A stretch of DNA of 64,000 nt from Rhynchobatus australiae (GCA_034780895.1 JAUZTB010000042.1:13876174-13940173), one strand, 5' to 3'. Shown: positions 50,531 to 63,819, counted from the first letter of the stretch. Numbers and translations: made by a program. Notes: generated by a model not told the origin, from the letters alone.

Positions 50531-53500
50531 ACTACGAGGTAGGAATGTGTTGGGCAGCGTTTCCACTGATATGAAACATTAGCAGGAGGGGTTGGATCGA
50601 AAGCATGAGTCATGATATCTATGAATTCAGATTACGTAGGTACATCCAAATATGATTTCAGTGTAGTGAATTTCAGAAGGGACTAAACTCTGGGGTTTCG
50701 TTGGCAGCTTTAAGCATTCCATCTGCAGGTTTCAAAGTGGTCTGGCACCAGAATGATTCCTTTCTGTCTGCTTGTCTCCAGGCAACAGAGGACACCAATT
50801 TGATAACAATTCTCTGTTGCTGTCCTTGCTCCATGATTTTGCCAGACAAACATAAAACCACTGAAGTCTCCAGTAAGATAATCATAAGAAACTCAAGCTG
50901 GTATCTAAGGTTAGAAACATTCCAGATATTGGCACAGATGTATTAAATAGTAATAATGTGGCTTTTGACATGTTAGACATCTTGTTAGCAGTATATAGGT
51001 GCTGGTGAGATGTTGAACTGATTATGTAGGGTCCTTAACTTGTGACTATCACTGTTCCAGAAATATTTAAAAATATTCTTTTCTTAAATACCAGCATTTC
51101 ATTTAAAATTTAAGATTAAGGTAGATGGTTCTCTATTAAAAGCGACATGGGAAGATATTATCTTTAGTTCCCTCCTGGTTACTTTATTACTGCTTGCTGC
51201 TGTGAAAACAGGTTACCCCTCATTCCCCATTTTTGAGACCATTCCCTCAGTCCCTTTCCCATCATTATCCTTTAAGCGCTGACATTTTCTCATTATTTTT
51301 ATCGTGGCCTTGTTTTCTTTCGCTGAAATTTCTGGCCAAGGCAAAGCATTCCACTGAGTCTAATTTGTGACCTTTGCTCTGGCTGGGGGGAAGGGCAAGT
51401 TTGTTTCTCTTTATGCACATGCTTTCCTTTTTGACAACCATTTCTTTCATTTGAAACAATTCTGCTTCCATTTGGAATTCTTGTTGTGAGTTTTATTTGG
51501 TGGTAAAAACACTAGCTTGTCTCTCACCATATGTTATCATTTTCTGTTTACTACATTCCACACAGCCACGCTTTTTCTTGCACTAATTTATTTTGCGATA
51601 TTCCTCAAAGGGCATAATCTGTTCTCCAGTACCATGTCTAATTGTGTGCTCTTTGTGAGAGCTGAAACAGTTAACACTGACGTGATTACTCAGTGGAGAC
51701 TAGCACAGATAAACATGCTTTGATTTTGCTATCATATCTCTGGTTTACTAGCACAGGTCATATGGATAGTTATCAGGGACAGGAAGTCTGACTGTTTTCT
51801 TTCCCCTCTTCCGAGTTCAAAGATGTCACAGTTAGTGGTAGCCTCCCGACAAATTGCAGTACTGGTGTGAGAGAATTAGCCTTGGATCTTGCCCCTGCAG
51901 ACATTGCAGTCATCTGCCAATGTACCTTGTGTACCAAGGGTACCTCGTGTTCTTTCAGAAGAAAGATATAGCAAAACTGCTGTAAGCCTATTCCAGAAAT
52001 AAAACCGAATTTAATAATATTGAAGGAATTTAAATAATTGACTTTTGAAAATAATTCCACTGAAATTGCATGAATTATTGTGATGACAGTGGAGAATCAT
52101 TAGTGAAAGAAAAAAATTGCATCTTTGTGTACCTGACTAATCAGCAGCTTGTTGGTGTCTTTCTCAGTGGGTTAGCACAAGGATGCAAGGTCTTTGCTTT
52201 CTTAAGCCAGTAAAACATTATGCACTGACCTAAGATTGGGTTTGAACTGTTTTTTTTCAGGCAAAAGGCAGCCTTCCTGATGATTCAGGTTTTATGTTAG
52301 TGAGATATCAACTTATCTGGATGGATAATAGAATGATAACCTTTTAAAATCCTGCTGCCCCTTCATGCCTGACAAAATATACTACCTTAATAAGCAGAAA
52401 GTTATGTTTATGGACAGGATAGCAAGAAAGGCATAGTCAGCATGTGCTTGGTATTTGTAATCCTCTGGAATGGTTTCAATCAACAAAGAATGATGTCTAA
52501 ATTGACAACCCACGATGAAGACACTGGCGACTTCCAACCCCCTTCTATCTCCTTTCAGCTTTCTTGTTTGGGAGGTGAACTGGTGCAAGGATCTGGTGAT
52601 CAGGAGTATGGGACCATTTTCTTTCATGGTCATCTCACGGGTAGAATGGTAGCATGGTGTGGGGCTGGGGTTTCTTTGGACGAATTGCCTAAAATTTAGG
52701 TATTCATGAAAATCCATTCTGATCAGCATTGGCATATTTATGAGCAGCCTGGTCTAGCAGAGAATTTCTGGTTAAGAGGTCCCCTTTATTAGAAACGGAG
52801 GCAAATGTGTGCACATCACCATCATCTGGATGAGAGAACACTTCTTCAGGACCATTAAACAAGGAACAAAGAAAGCTTTCTCCTTGTAATTGTATCAGAA
52901 GATGGGCTATTTAGTAGAAATGCTATACTGAACCTGCCTCTAATCAAATCAATTAATTCCCCATTTCTCAGCTGATTTCAGTCAAATGGTTTACATGTTG
53001 TTGTTGTCTTTTGTGGTGTCTGGAATGAGTTGAGATACAACAGTTCAAGCAGTAATGACCTTGACTGCCACTGGCAATAATATCTATAAGGTGGAGATTT
53101 TTGCATCCATCAGGTTTCTGCAGATTAAACACCTGTCTTAGTTCTCTGGTGAGGTGTAGCTTAAAAATACAGATTTCTGTGCATATGCTCAGGTAGATGA
53201 ACCAAGATGCAAGGAAGCATAACTGATGACAATCCTGCTTCAGAAAATACTTCAAAAAGCAAGGAGCTATGATTGGGATTCTCATCATTAGAGTGGGTTG
53301 TTGGAACAGTTAATATTGTTGGTGAAAATCTGGAGGCAAATACCTATTTTCTGGTGAGGGGTGGCAGGGATGGAGGAGGGTATGACACAAAATAAATTAA
53401 TAAAGGCATTAAATAATACACTGTCGTGATGTCAAATGTGATCCAAATATGTGCCATTTTAAGAAGAGGCTTTACCAGTTCAGAATAGTTTTCTTCACAT

Positions 53501-55164
53501 GGATAAGCTGTGCACATAATACAGTACAAATGGCCCAAGATAATTTCAACATGATTTCAATAATGAAATAACAATTTTATCTATTTTTGTTAAAATACTG
53601 TAGAGCATAATCCCTGCAAGATTATGTATGATTAATAATGGGAAAAGGTGACTTCTCTCTAATTTCCTTTGATGTTTGACATTTCCACAACCCACCTGGA
53701 AAAATAACTGTTGGGCAATCTTGGCTATATTGCATTTTCCCGATTGTCCTGATAGAAACTAATAGTTTAGAAACTGGTTTAGGCATGAATACAAATATAT
53801 TACAGGTATGTAATTTTTGAGCTGCTTGGAGAATGGAAATTGACTTTTAAGCATGATTTTATGAATTATAGCAAAAAAAAATTGAACTTTCTCAGCTTCT
53901 GAATCTGGAAGTTCATTACCAGGTGTTTTTTTAAAGTGAATGATGAATCTATATTCATTAAGAATGACACCCTGCTATTCCTTTCATGAAAAGTCTGTGA
54001 AGAATATGGTTTCATGTCTTTCAAATGATTTTAGCACTGCAAAAAGCATTAAGAGAAAGCATTATGAACTGAAAACACTTAAAAATTGTTAACATTGCTA
54101 AATGTCAGCTAAAATATCCTTACAATTTAGAGAATTATTTTTTCTTCAGCAAGTCTCTATTCAGATAAGGTTTCATGGGGAAAAAAACACAAGCAAATAT
54201 TTCAATCCCATCATGGGTATTCAGGGGCAAGGACCTAATAATTACTTTCAAGTAACTTGTGAATAGATGTTGACCTTGTGAAGAAGACTCAAACCCTTGG
54301 GCTCTTCCTTTTCCTTCATCCTCTCCAGCTCCCACCAGCCCAGTTTAGCAGTCAACAAATATTATAATGCGGAGTGCAATTTTATATGAAAGGGAATTTA
54401 GTTGAACAAATGAATTGAATTTCACAGAATGCTATGAAATGCATGGCTTAATCCCAGTGCAGTGAAAGTGGTTTTAGTTGAGAGGGTTGAGGGAGAAGCA
54501 GTAGAAAGTAAGAGAAAAGAAACTAAAGGAAGAGAGAACAGTTAAGATTCCAATTAAAGTAGTATTTGGATGTCTGTGTGCAAAGCCTGTCACAGCATGT
54601 TGAACAAATTTGAGGATTAAGTTCACTGGCCAGCATTTTGTACCTATTGTATTTGTGCTAGTCCTCGTTTGGAATGGTAATACTTTATTTTAGACTGGTT
54701 TTGTCAGAACCTTCTGAATCATTTCAACTATTTTAGATAAGCTATGTCAGAAATTGCAATGAGGCAAAAGAACATTCTTCATATGTAATCACCCCATGGT
54801 TTTTGCATTCAGCATCTGCCAACCCAATAAGTTGCTATGTGTAGTTTAGGAGAGGGTACAGCATTTTTACAGTAAATTTATATGGGATATTGGTGACCCC
54901 CACTTTATAGCCATTCAGTTTACGTGAATTCACCCTAACAGAATGTGCAAATCACTACCCAAAAATATGAGTTATGGAATAAGATTCACTCTCACAGAAA
55001 TTATGTGACGATAAAAAGTTTTAAATGATCTCAAAATTTATTTGTCTTCAACTTGTATTTCTTGATCTATGCACAGACGATGCAGCTTTGCATTATGGAA
55101 AATCTTGATATGGGCCGTTTTCTAGGAATGTAGCTCCCCGTAATGAGGGGGGGGGGTGGTGTCA

Positions 55165-55508
55165 CCTGTACATGAACATAGTGGACTAACAGCAAAAGAT
55201 TCTGAGCCATGAGTTTCGATGGTTGCAAATCCCATCATGACAGCTGGAAAATTCAAATTCGGGTAATTAAATCTGAAGTAACCAAAAAATGTTATTTGCA
55301 GTAACAGCAACCATGAAATTACTGGATCATATTAAAAACTTGCCTGCTTTAACAAAGGAAATCTACCCTCCCTATCCACTTTGGACTAGGTGTGTCTCCT
55401 GCCACACCAATATAGTTGACTCTTAACAGCATACTCATTTAATGATGGACAATAAATGCCAGTATTGACAGCAATGTTCGCACCCCATAACGAACAAATA
55501 AAAAAAAA
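55165..55508 (+). mobile_element. tRNA-derived SINE with LINE-derived tail
   Basis: Head-like ctggactag/ggttgcaaatcccatcatgacagctgg, body aggaaatctaccctcc...gtgtctcc...gttgactcttaac, tail gatggacaataaatgccag...aacaaataaaaaaaaa. Confidence 0.55.
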
Positions 55509-55984
55509 GTACTGGCTTCTTTCAATTATTCATCATCAAGAGCAGGAGTATATAAAGCAATAAGTGGCCAATAGTTTTAAGGAAAAAGGGATATGCAAGC
55601 ATGAAAAGAGGGCAAGAACTTTTAAACGAGGTTTTTAAATTGTATAGTATTTTCAGAATATATAAACAATTTTCTCCAGATGACGAGTCAGTTATATCAG
55701 ACTATCAGTTTAAAATTGTAACTGAGAATAGGAGAAAATGGTGAAAGGAATGCTTAAGTTAAGAAATGGCAGCAGCAGAGGTCATGGTGTCTTTATTTAG
55801 GGGAGAGAGCACTGAATGAGTTGTATAATTCTGTAGCAAAGAGGCTCCGTAGAAGCATTGTCAAGTGGTCTCTTCTAATGGCACAAACATCTACAGCTCA
55901 AAGGTTCCATAAAAGTCACAATGTTCCTCTCAAATCCACTTTGCCTTGGTGCATTATTATATTGTGGACTAACAACTGAGGTGT

Positions 55985-56290
55985 ACTGGCGTAACACTAT
56001 TACAGCACCAGCGACCCGGGTTCAATTCCAGCCACTCTCTTAAGGAGTTTGTACGTTCTCCCAATGTCTGCGTGGGTTTCCTCCGGGTGCTCCAGTTTCC
56101 TCCCACATTCCAAAAGACGTATGGGTTAGGAAGTCGTGGGCATGGTATGTTGGCACCAGAAGCGTGGTGACACTTGTAAAACACCTCCAGAACACTCGTA
56201 GTGACACTTCCAGAACACTCTACGCAAAAGATGCATTTCACTGTGTGTTTCAATGTACATGTGACTAATAAAGATATCCTATCCTAATAT
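55985..56290 (+). mobile_element. Young V-SINE variant with a different (Rex/Babar-like) tail
   Basis: Head and V core near-identical to 2157/10971/22291; tail is gcatttcactgtgtgtttcaatgtacatgtgactaataaagatatcctatcct. Confidence 0.85.
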
Positions 56291-56369
56291 TCCTTTGAAA
56301 AAGCTCTGGGGTTTTAAAGTCTTCCAAAGTGTTGCATGGATAATCCATATAAATTTATTAAATAAGTGA

Positions 56370-57795
56370 GATGGAAAGTTGGGCAGAGCATTAGCAGGTG
56401 GGATTTAACCCTGGCAAGTGTGAGCTGATGCATTTTGGGGAGTGAAATAGGAGTGTGCCATAGATAATAAATGGTAGGGTGCTAAGGAATATTGATGAAC
56501 AGAGGGACTTGAGGTCCATAGTTTCCTGAAAGTGGCAAGTAAATAGGGTGGTGAAGAAGGCATATAGAATGCTTGCCATTATTGGTCAGGGCATAGAATA
56601 TAAAAGTTAGGATGTTATGTTGCAACTTTACCAAACACTGGTTAGACTGCATGCAGTATTGCGTGCAGTTCTGTTCACCACTCTATAGGAAGGATGAGTG
56701 TGTGCTGGAGAAAGTGCAGAGGAGATTCAGCAGAAGACACAAAAGTAGGTGGTACAGTGGAGAATGAAGAAGTTTATCAAAACTTACAGAGGGATCTTGA
56801 TAACCTGAGTGAGTGGGCCGAGGAATGGCAAATGGGGTTTCATTTGGATGTGCGAGGTGTTTCATTTTGGAAAGTCAAATCTAGGTAGGACTTTCATAGA
56901 TAACAGCAGGGCCCTGGGGAGTGCTGTAGAATAGAGGGACCTTGGAGTACATGGGTCACTGAAAGTGGAGTCACAGGTAGACAGGGTGGAGAAGAAGGTC
57001 TTTTGTATGCTGGCCTTCATAAGTCAGAGTATTGAGTGTAAAACTTGGGAGATCATGGTGTAGTTTTACAGGATGCTGGTGAGACCTCACTTAGAGTATT
57101 GTGTTCAGCTTTGGTCACCCTGCTATAGGAAAGATGTTATTGAACTGGAAAGAGTACAGAAAAGATTTACAAGGATGCTGCAGGACTTGATGGACTGAGT
57201 TATAGGGAGAGGTTGAACAGGCTATGACCTTATTCTTAGAGCGCAGGAGACTGAGAGGTCATCTTTTAGAGGTGTATAAAATCATGAGGAACATCATTAA
57301 GTTGGGGTGTCAAGAACTAGAGGGCATAGGTTTAAGGTGAGAGGGGAAAGATTTAAGAGGAACTTGAGAGGCAACTTTTCACAAAGTGTGGTATCTATGT
57401 GGAATCAGCTGCTGGAGGAAATGGTTGAGGCAGGTACAATAATAACTTTTAAGAGACTGTTGGACAGATATATGGATTGGAAAGGTTTAGAAGGTTATGG
57501 GCCAAACCCTGACAAATGGGACTAGCTTAGATGGGGCATCTCGGTTGGCATGGACCAGTTGGGCTGAAGGGCTTATTTCCATGCTGCATGACTCTATGAC
57601 CAGGGTGTTGCCTCAGATGAAAAACTTTAGTCATAGATAGAGTGGCTGGCTTGTTTTTCATGGAGCACAAGAGATTGAGGCATAGAAAAGGTAGACAGTC
57701 AGAATCATTTTCTCATAATAAGCCTATCAAAAACAAAAGGGCATAGATTTAGGGTGAGAGGAGGAATTTTAAAGGTGATTTGAGGAGAAAGTTTC
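56370..57795 (+). mobile_element. Outer CR1 3' fragment interrupted by an inner CR1 (56731-57600)
   Basis: Outer LEKVQRRF.R breaks at ~56730 and resumes cagggtgttgcc at 57601; inner begins AEDTKVGG, has LQRDLDNLSEWAEEWQMGF and SRTRGHRFKVRGERFKRNLRGNF, and ends gctgcatgactctatgac. Confidence 0.85.
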
Positions 57796-58358
57796 CAGTG
57801 CTATCACGTACTTCTGATAGTGTGGCAATGATACGGTACACAGTAGACTAGCTGTGGCCTAACTCATGTTTCATAAAGCTGTGCCATAACCCCCCTGCTC
57901 TTATATTCTATGTCCTGGTTAACGATGGAAAGTATCCCATATGCCTTGTTAACCACCTCACATGTGTTGTCACCTTCAGAGAATCTTGGACTTGTACACT
58001 CTGTTCAAGTGGTCTCTCTGATCCTCAGTACACTTTGGGGTCCCATTGTGTATGTCCTATCCATGTCAGTCCTTCTAGTGCATCACCTCACACTTATCAG
58101 GATTAAATTTCATCTGCCATTGCTCTGCCATCTTACCAACTGATCAACATCATCCTGCAACTTTCCTATCACAACACTATTGATTTACATCTCATCTGCA
58201 AACTTACTAATCATACCTCATACATTCATACTAAATCATTAATGTATATAACAGTAAGGATGCCAGCACTCTTATCTGTAGTATACCACAGGTCACTGGC
58301 TTCTAATCACAAAAACAATCCTCCACCATTACTCTCTGCCATCTATTACCAAACCAAT
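57795..58358 (-). mobile_element. CR1 RT fragment, antisense
   Basis: gctgtggcctaac, ttaaatttcatctgccattgctctgccatcttacc (antisense W...WQMKFN), catctgcaaacttactaatcat (antisense MISKFAD). Confidence 0.8.
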
Positions 58359-58957
58359 GCAAGATTTCAAGATTTATTGTAAATAATTCTGGCTTGTGAG
58401 AAAGATGTTTACAAAGACCAATTCCAGGAACATTTGGTTTTTAGCTCCTTTCACCCTATCGAGCAATATTGCCAAAATTGAAGACAGACATCCAACAAAA
58501 TTTTACCCAAAGCAATACTGTGAATAGTGAGAGCACTCATGTTTCAAAAGCAGCACTGTGCCCAGAGCTCTGTATGCTGGTTAGAAATCTACTCTTCAAA
58601 GTGCAATTCATATGGAATTTATTTTTGACCAATTTCGTTCAGTTGCATGAAGAAATAATATAAATTATAATATGCAGCAACCAGAGAAGCCCACTGACCA
58701 AACCTAAATCATTAACCAATAAACTAGATTTCCTCTTGAAATTGATGATCTTAAGTGCTTAATTCAGTACATTACCAAAATTTGCATCTGTATATTCTGT
58801 CTTTTAATGTGTACTTGGTGCTTTACAGGAGTGCAATTGGATTAAAAAAATCGACACTAAGGTAAAGGAGAAATAGTGGTAATATACCAAAAACTTAGTC
58901 AAAGCTCATAAGGACCATCTTAAAAGATATATAAATAAGTGACACACTATTTGGGTA

Positions 58958-59085
58958 CACAGAATCATAGAGTAATGCAGCCCAACTCGTCCATGCCGAC
59001 CTTGGTACCCACCAAGCTACTCCCATTTGCTGACATTTGACCTCTACCCCTCTACATCCCTTCTATCTTTGTACTTATCCAAAGT
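58958..59085 (-). mobile_element. Short CR1 tail
   Basis: gaatcatagag...gcccaactcgtccatgccgacc...gctactcccatttgc...ttatccaaa; reverse-complement match to 48760-48900. Confidence 0.7.
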
Positions 59086-60519
59086 ACATGCGAGGATAAA
59101 CTTAAATTTGCTGGAATACCATTAGCTGAGGCTTGCATACCAATTTTGGATTTAAAAAAGTTACCATCTATTTTTCCCCCTTTTATAGCATTTATTTCAC
59201 AACTTTAAACAACTTGATTGCAATTCTTGTACAAAACAAATGGATATGCTATAATTCAGCTGTCTCAATACTTTGAATGCCAAGTATTTAATGTGGTTGT
59301 AAACAACATTAATTTCAGTAAAGTTAGGGCCTTCTGCCAAGGAAACAGTCGAAGAACTGATGGAAATTGCTCAAGTGTATGTCCACGTGAAGAGCCAACG
59401 ACTTCCCTGTCCTTTGTCCCTTGTAGGTTATTGAAGATTATTTCTGACCAACTTTTCTTGATAAAGGAACGGTGTATCTTATGCAAGGAGAAAGAGATCA
59501 ACATTTCTGGAATAGAATATATGGAATGAAAAGTAAATATTGAAAACTCATTCCAGCCTGCAACCTTGAGATTTTTGGCTGCAAAGTTTCAGAGTTTAAG
59601 ATTATAGATCTGTGTGAACAAGGAAACATTTCTACACAGTGAAAAATATTGTCTAACAAGCAGGAGACACAAAATTGCCCAACAAAATGCTTTGAAAATA
59701 AAACAGGAATCTCTGTCTAGAATTTCCACATCTGAAGCAGTTTACTGTCTCGCCAACTATTTTTCACTTTCAAGTTTCTGGTTGGCAACCCTATTGGAAC
59801 TTTGTGAGAAATATTTTAAGCAGACAAATTTCTTGTCTCAAGTTGTAGCACTTAGATGAAACCTGAGCCAAAGTTTACAGATATACTATTATATTTTATG
59901 TTTTGCTGACTGCCAGAATGGAAATCTAAAAATATGTGTCAGAGAGTGACTATGTCATTAAACAAATAAAGAGCCCATGGGATCTGGAGTAAAGTGTTGC
60001 TACAGTTCTACATCTTGGCAGCAGAACTAGGGGCAACTTTATTTTCCTCTGAGAAATGAAATGAAGTGCAAGTAAGTGCATAACATTTGTATCTAATACA
60101 CAGCAGAAAAAGTGTTAACTCATGACATTCTGCTGACTCTTGAGTGCACACTATCGGAATTTTGGGGGAAAAAGTTATTTTGCCACATGGGTACTTAGAT
60201 TATTCCCATATTCCTCCTCTAATTCAGGGCTGCTGGATTGTGGATTCTGTTGGACCAAATGCACTCCCNNNNNNNNNNNNNNNNNNNNNNNNNNNNNNNN
60301 NNNNNNNNNNNNNNNNNNNNNNNNNNNNNNNNNNNNNNNNNNNNNNNNNNNNNNNNNNNNNNNNNNNNCCCATTATTATTAATGAGATTGACACCACATT
60401 ATCAATGTGACAAGTAACATTCTGTTGCATTACAGCACAATAATTGCACAGAAGAGGTATCTTTATGGTTGTGTGACTGCACAAAAAATGCTAGAAAGTC
60501 AGAACTCGAGGATGTCCTT

Positions 60520-60739
60520 GAGCCATACACCACAGAAATAGGCCCTTTGGCCCAACCAGTCCATGCCAGCCATCAGGCACCCATTTACACCAATCCTACA
60601 TTAATCCCATTTGTCCCCACATTACCATCAAACCGGCCCAGATTCCACCACTAACCCTACACAATTTACAGTGGCTAGCAACCTTACATGTCTTTCGTAT
60701 GTGGAAGGAAACCAACATGGTCACAGGGAGAATGTGCAA

Positions 60740-60811
<72 letters not shown>

Positions 60812-60862
60812 CCCTCTGGTGCTGTGAGGTAATGGGTCTACCAGCAATGCTACTGTGCTGCA
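60520..60862 (-). mobile_element. V-SINE containing an expanded (CA)n
   Basis: Tail gaaataggccctttggcccaaccagtccatgcc, V core tgtggaaggaaacc...ggtcacagggagaatgtgcaaa, head ggtgctgtgagg...tgctactgtgctgc. Confidence 0.75.
60743..60807. repeat. (AC)32 microsatellite
   Basis: Uninterrupted ac dinucleotide run of 65 bp. Confidence 0.98.
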
Positions 60863-61164
60863 GTATGTTGGCATGCTCTTTGTATAGTGACCAAATGGTG
60901 GTTATTGGCAGTAAATAAATATATTTTGTAGCAACTAAGTTTTTAAGTCTTGGAAAAATGATACAATAAAAGTTGAGGGCCAACCTGTCAACAGTTCAGC
61001 AGAAGTGACTATTGCCCTAGAGAAGGTCCTCACCCAGTGTTACTGAGTAGAAAGGTCAAGGATTCAGATCCACCATCGGTAAGACAGTATGTGAATAGCA
61101 GGGGAACCTGCACATGATTACATTGCCATGTGTCAACTATTCGGAGGGACAATTGAAATAGTAT

Positions 61165-61430
61165 TGGTGAGTATTTGCACTGCATGTTGGGGATGGTACA
61201 CACCACAGTCGCAGTGCACCAGTTTTGGAGGCAATGTATATTTAAGGTGGTAAATGGGTGCCTGTCAAGTAAATGACTTTTTCCCTAAAAATGTTGAGCT
61301 TTCTGTGTATTGCTGGAGCTGCATTCATTCAGACCATTAGAGAGTACTTGATTACAGTCCCAATGGAGCCTCGCGGAGAGTGGAAAGGATCTGGGGAGTT
61401 GAGCTGCGAGTTTTTCCACTGCAGGACCAG
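61165..61430 (-). mobile_element. CR1/L2-group LINE fragment
   Basis: gatggtacacaccacag...tttaaggtggtaaatgggtgcctgtcaag...ttgagctttctgtgtattgctggagctgcattcattcag; overlaps the family at 50440-50530. Confidence 0.5.
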
Positions 61431-62194
61431 AACTGCATGTTATGGAAAACTTCAGTAATGCACGTTGCAGTCTGACACCTATTCTCTATCATTTCAGGTA
61501 TGTGCATTGAAAATATCACAACTGCCACCATATCAGATTTTTGCCTCTAATTCGAAAACCTCTGAGACTTGATACCCTTGGTTACACAGAGGTTGTTTCT
61601 CCACCCTTAATGGGTATGTGGCAACCTTCTTCCTGTCAGTCCCAAGACTTTAATTATCTCAGTTCTTCAGAGCTTTGACAATGACCCATTCTCACTTTTC
61701 AAAAGCTTATTCTCCTGCAGGCATCTTGCATTCTCTGCTGCTCAAAAAGTGATACCCTCTTAATTGTTNNNNNNNNNNCTAAGAGATTGAAAGAAGCATT
61801 AAATTTCCAGCAGTGACAATCCTGTACAAAGATACATCACCACTTCCAGCTACCCTGAATAGAATATCAGGGTCCCAGGTGGAAAAGACCAGCTAGGGCT
61901 GGCTTGTTCTACTCAGGCACTTGCCCATCAATATTCTTCCTCAGACCATATGGGTATCTCCTGTTCCTGCTCTTGGATATGGGGATGCATGCTTGGGGAG
62001 GAGGAATAGGAAAAAAAAAGGAGGAAATTGATCAGAAACGCCATGAGTGATATCTAATCATTTTTATTTGTTGAAAAATGTTGTGAATATTTAGTATGGA
62101 GGAATGAATGTGTGTTATAATTGTTCATTGTCAGGTTGCTCACTGACATTAGTGACTAAACTCAGATCTGAAGAATGGCTGCTTGGGTAAAGTC

Positions 62195-62843
62195 CTTGAG
62201 AGTAACTACTGCACATGGAATCTTGGGTGTCAGTGTTTTTAAGGAGGAGAGGAAGAATGCATATGGTAGGTGTATCTACATAGGTTGAGGCGTAAAATAT
62301 AAGGGTTGGGAGGTTATATTGCAACTTTACAAAACACTGGTTAGTCAGCAGGTGATAGGAAGGATGGAGCTGCAGAGGAGATGAGGACATTCACCAGGAT
62401 GTTGCCTGGTTTGGAGGACTTCAATTATGGGGAGAGATTGGATAGGTTGGGCTTGTTTTCTCTGGAGTGAAGGAGGCTGAGGGGTGACCTGATAGAGTCA
62501 TTGATGAGGTGGATAATCAGAATCTTCTTTCCCCATGGTAGGTGTATCAAAACCAAGAATGCATAGATTTAAGGTGAGAGGAAGGAGGTTTAAAGGAGAT
62601 CTGAGGGAATGTATTTTTTGCACATAGTAGTTGTTATCTGGAACTCACTGCAGAGGGGGTGCTGGAATCGAATACAATTTCTATTTTTTTTTAAAGACAC
62701 CTAGACAGGCACTTAAGTAGGCAAGGCATGGAAGGATATGGACCTAGTGCAGGCAAATGGCAATGATATCAATGGGTAAAAAGGTTGATATGGACGTGGT
62801 GAGCCCAAAGGCTTGTTTCTGAGCTGTATAACTCTGACTCTAT
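62195..62843 (+). mobile_element. CR1 LINE 3' end
   Basis: ttcaccaggatgttgcctggtttggaggacttcaattatggggagagattggataggttgggcttgttttctctggag...aggctgaggggtgacctgataga; tail gcttgtttctgagctgtataactctgactcta. Confidence 0.85.
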
Positions 62844-62974
62844 AAATTCTAGATTATAAACTGAATTTAGGTTCTGCAATTGCCATGTTGGAACTTGAGT
62901 TTGGTTCCCTGGATTGTTACTCTGATGAGTTAATCATTGCACCACTGCCACTTGCATAACTGTAGTTTTAGAAG

Positions 62975-63325
62975 AATATGGCGATCTCATTAAAACACGT
63001 AAGATTCTGAAAGGAATATACAGAGTAGATAATAAAGGCTGTTTCCTTTGGGTGGAGAGCTTAGAACTGGAGAGAATAGCCTCAGGATAAGGGGTTGGCC
63101 ACAGCCCTGACATGAAGATTCATTCTGTGCAGACAACTGTAAGTCTTTGTTATTCTCTGCCTGAGAAGTCGGCATTTGCTCAGTTGTTGGCTATTGATGG
63201 ATTTGTAGGTGCCAAGGGTATCAGTGGATATGGGGATCATGTGGAAAACTGGGTTAGAGCTGGATGGTCAGTCTTGATTTTACTGAATGGTGGAGCAGGT
63301 CCAGCTCCTGCTCTCTCTAATGTTC
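62975..63325 (+). mobile_element. CR1 LINE 3' end (different subfamily)
   Basis: ggcgatctcattaaaacacgtaagattctgaaagga...aggctgtttcctttgg...gaatggtggagcagg...ctcctgctc. Confidence 0.7.
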
Positions 63326-63819
63326 TTAACGTGCAGATATTTCATGATCCTTTCTCAGTGCTGGTGGAGGGTGGCACTTTCTGCTGCTGAGCATGTGTTC
63401 AGCTGCTGGAGGTTGACATGTGTAAGCTGAAACATTGAGATCCAAAGTGGCTCCGCAGGCGCGAAATCAGTGGTGCGTGCTGATTGCAATCGTGATCTGC
63501 CTATTCCGCATACTTCCGCCTGGTGTTAATGTCGTAACCACTAGTTCTCTTCCCAATATGGCTAAAATTTCAGTTTCCATCTAGTGAGCAATTCACTGCA
63601 ATACCCAAACAACAGGGGCTGTGTGCAACACTGTTTTGCAGTTAATCTGTATTAAAATAGGTGGCTGAGGATCTTCACAATTGAAGTGTTTTGTTGGCCA
63701 GTGTTGCATTGTACAACAGACCTTTGGGGAAAATGAATTATGCTCCAAACGAGATTCCCCCATCTTCTTCATTTGATCTTAACAATATAACCTTAAGTAC
63801 TTTAATCTCGTGTTGCATC

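Noticed and set aside
60596-60983. ORFs with THTHTH/CVCVCV tracts
   Set aside because: Translations of the (AC)n microsatellite inside a SINE
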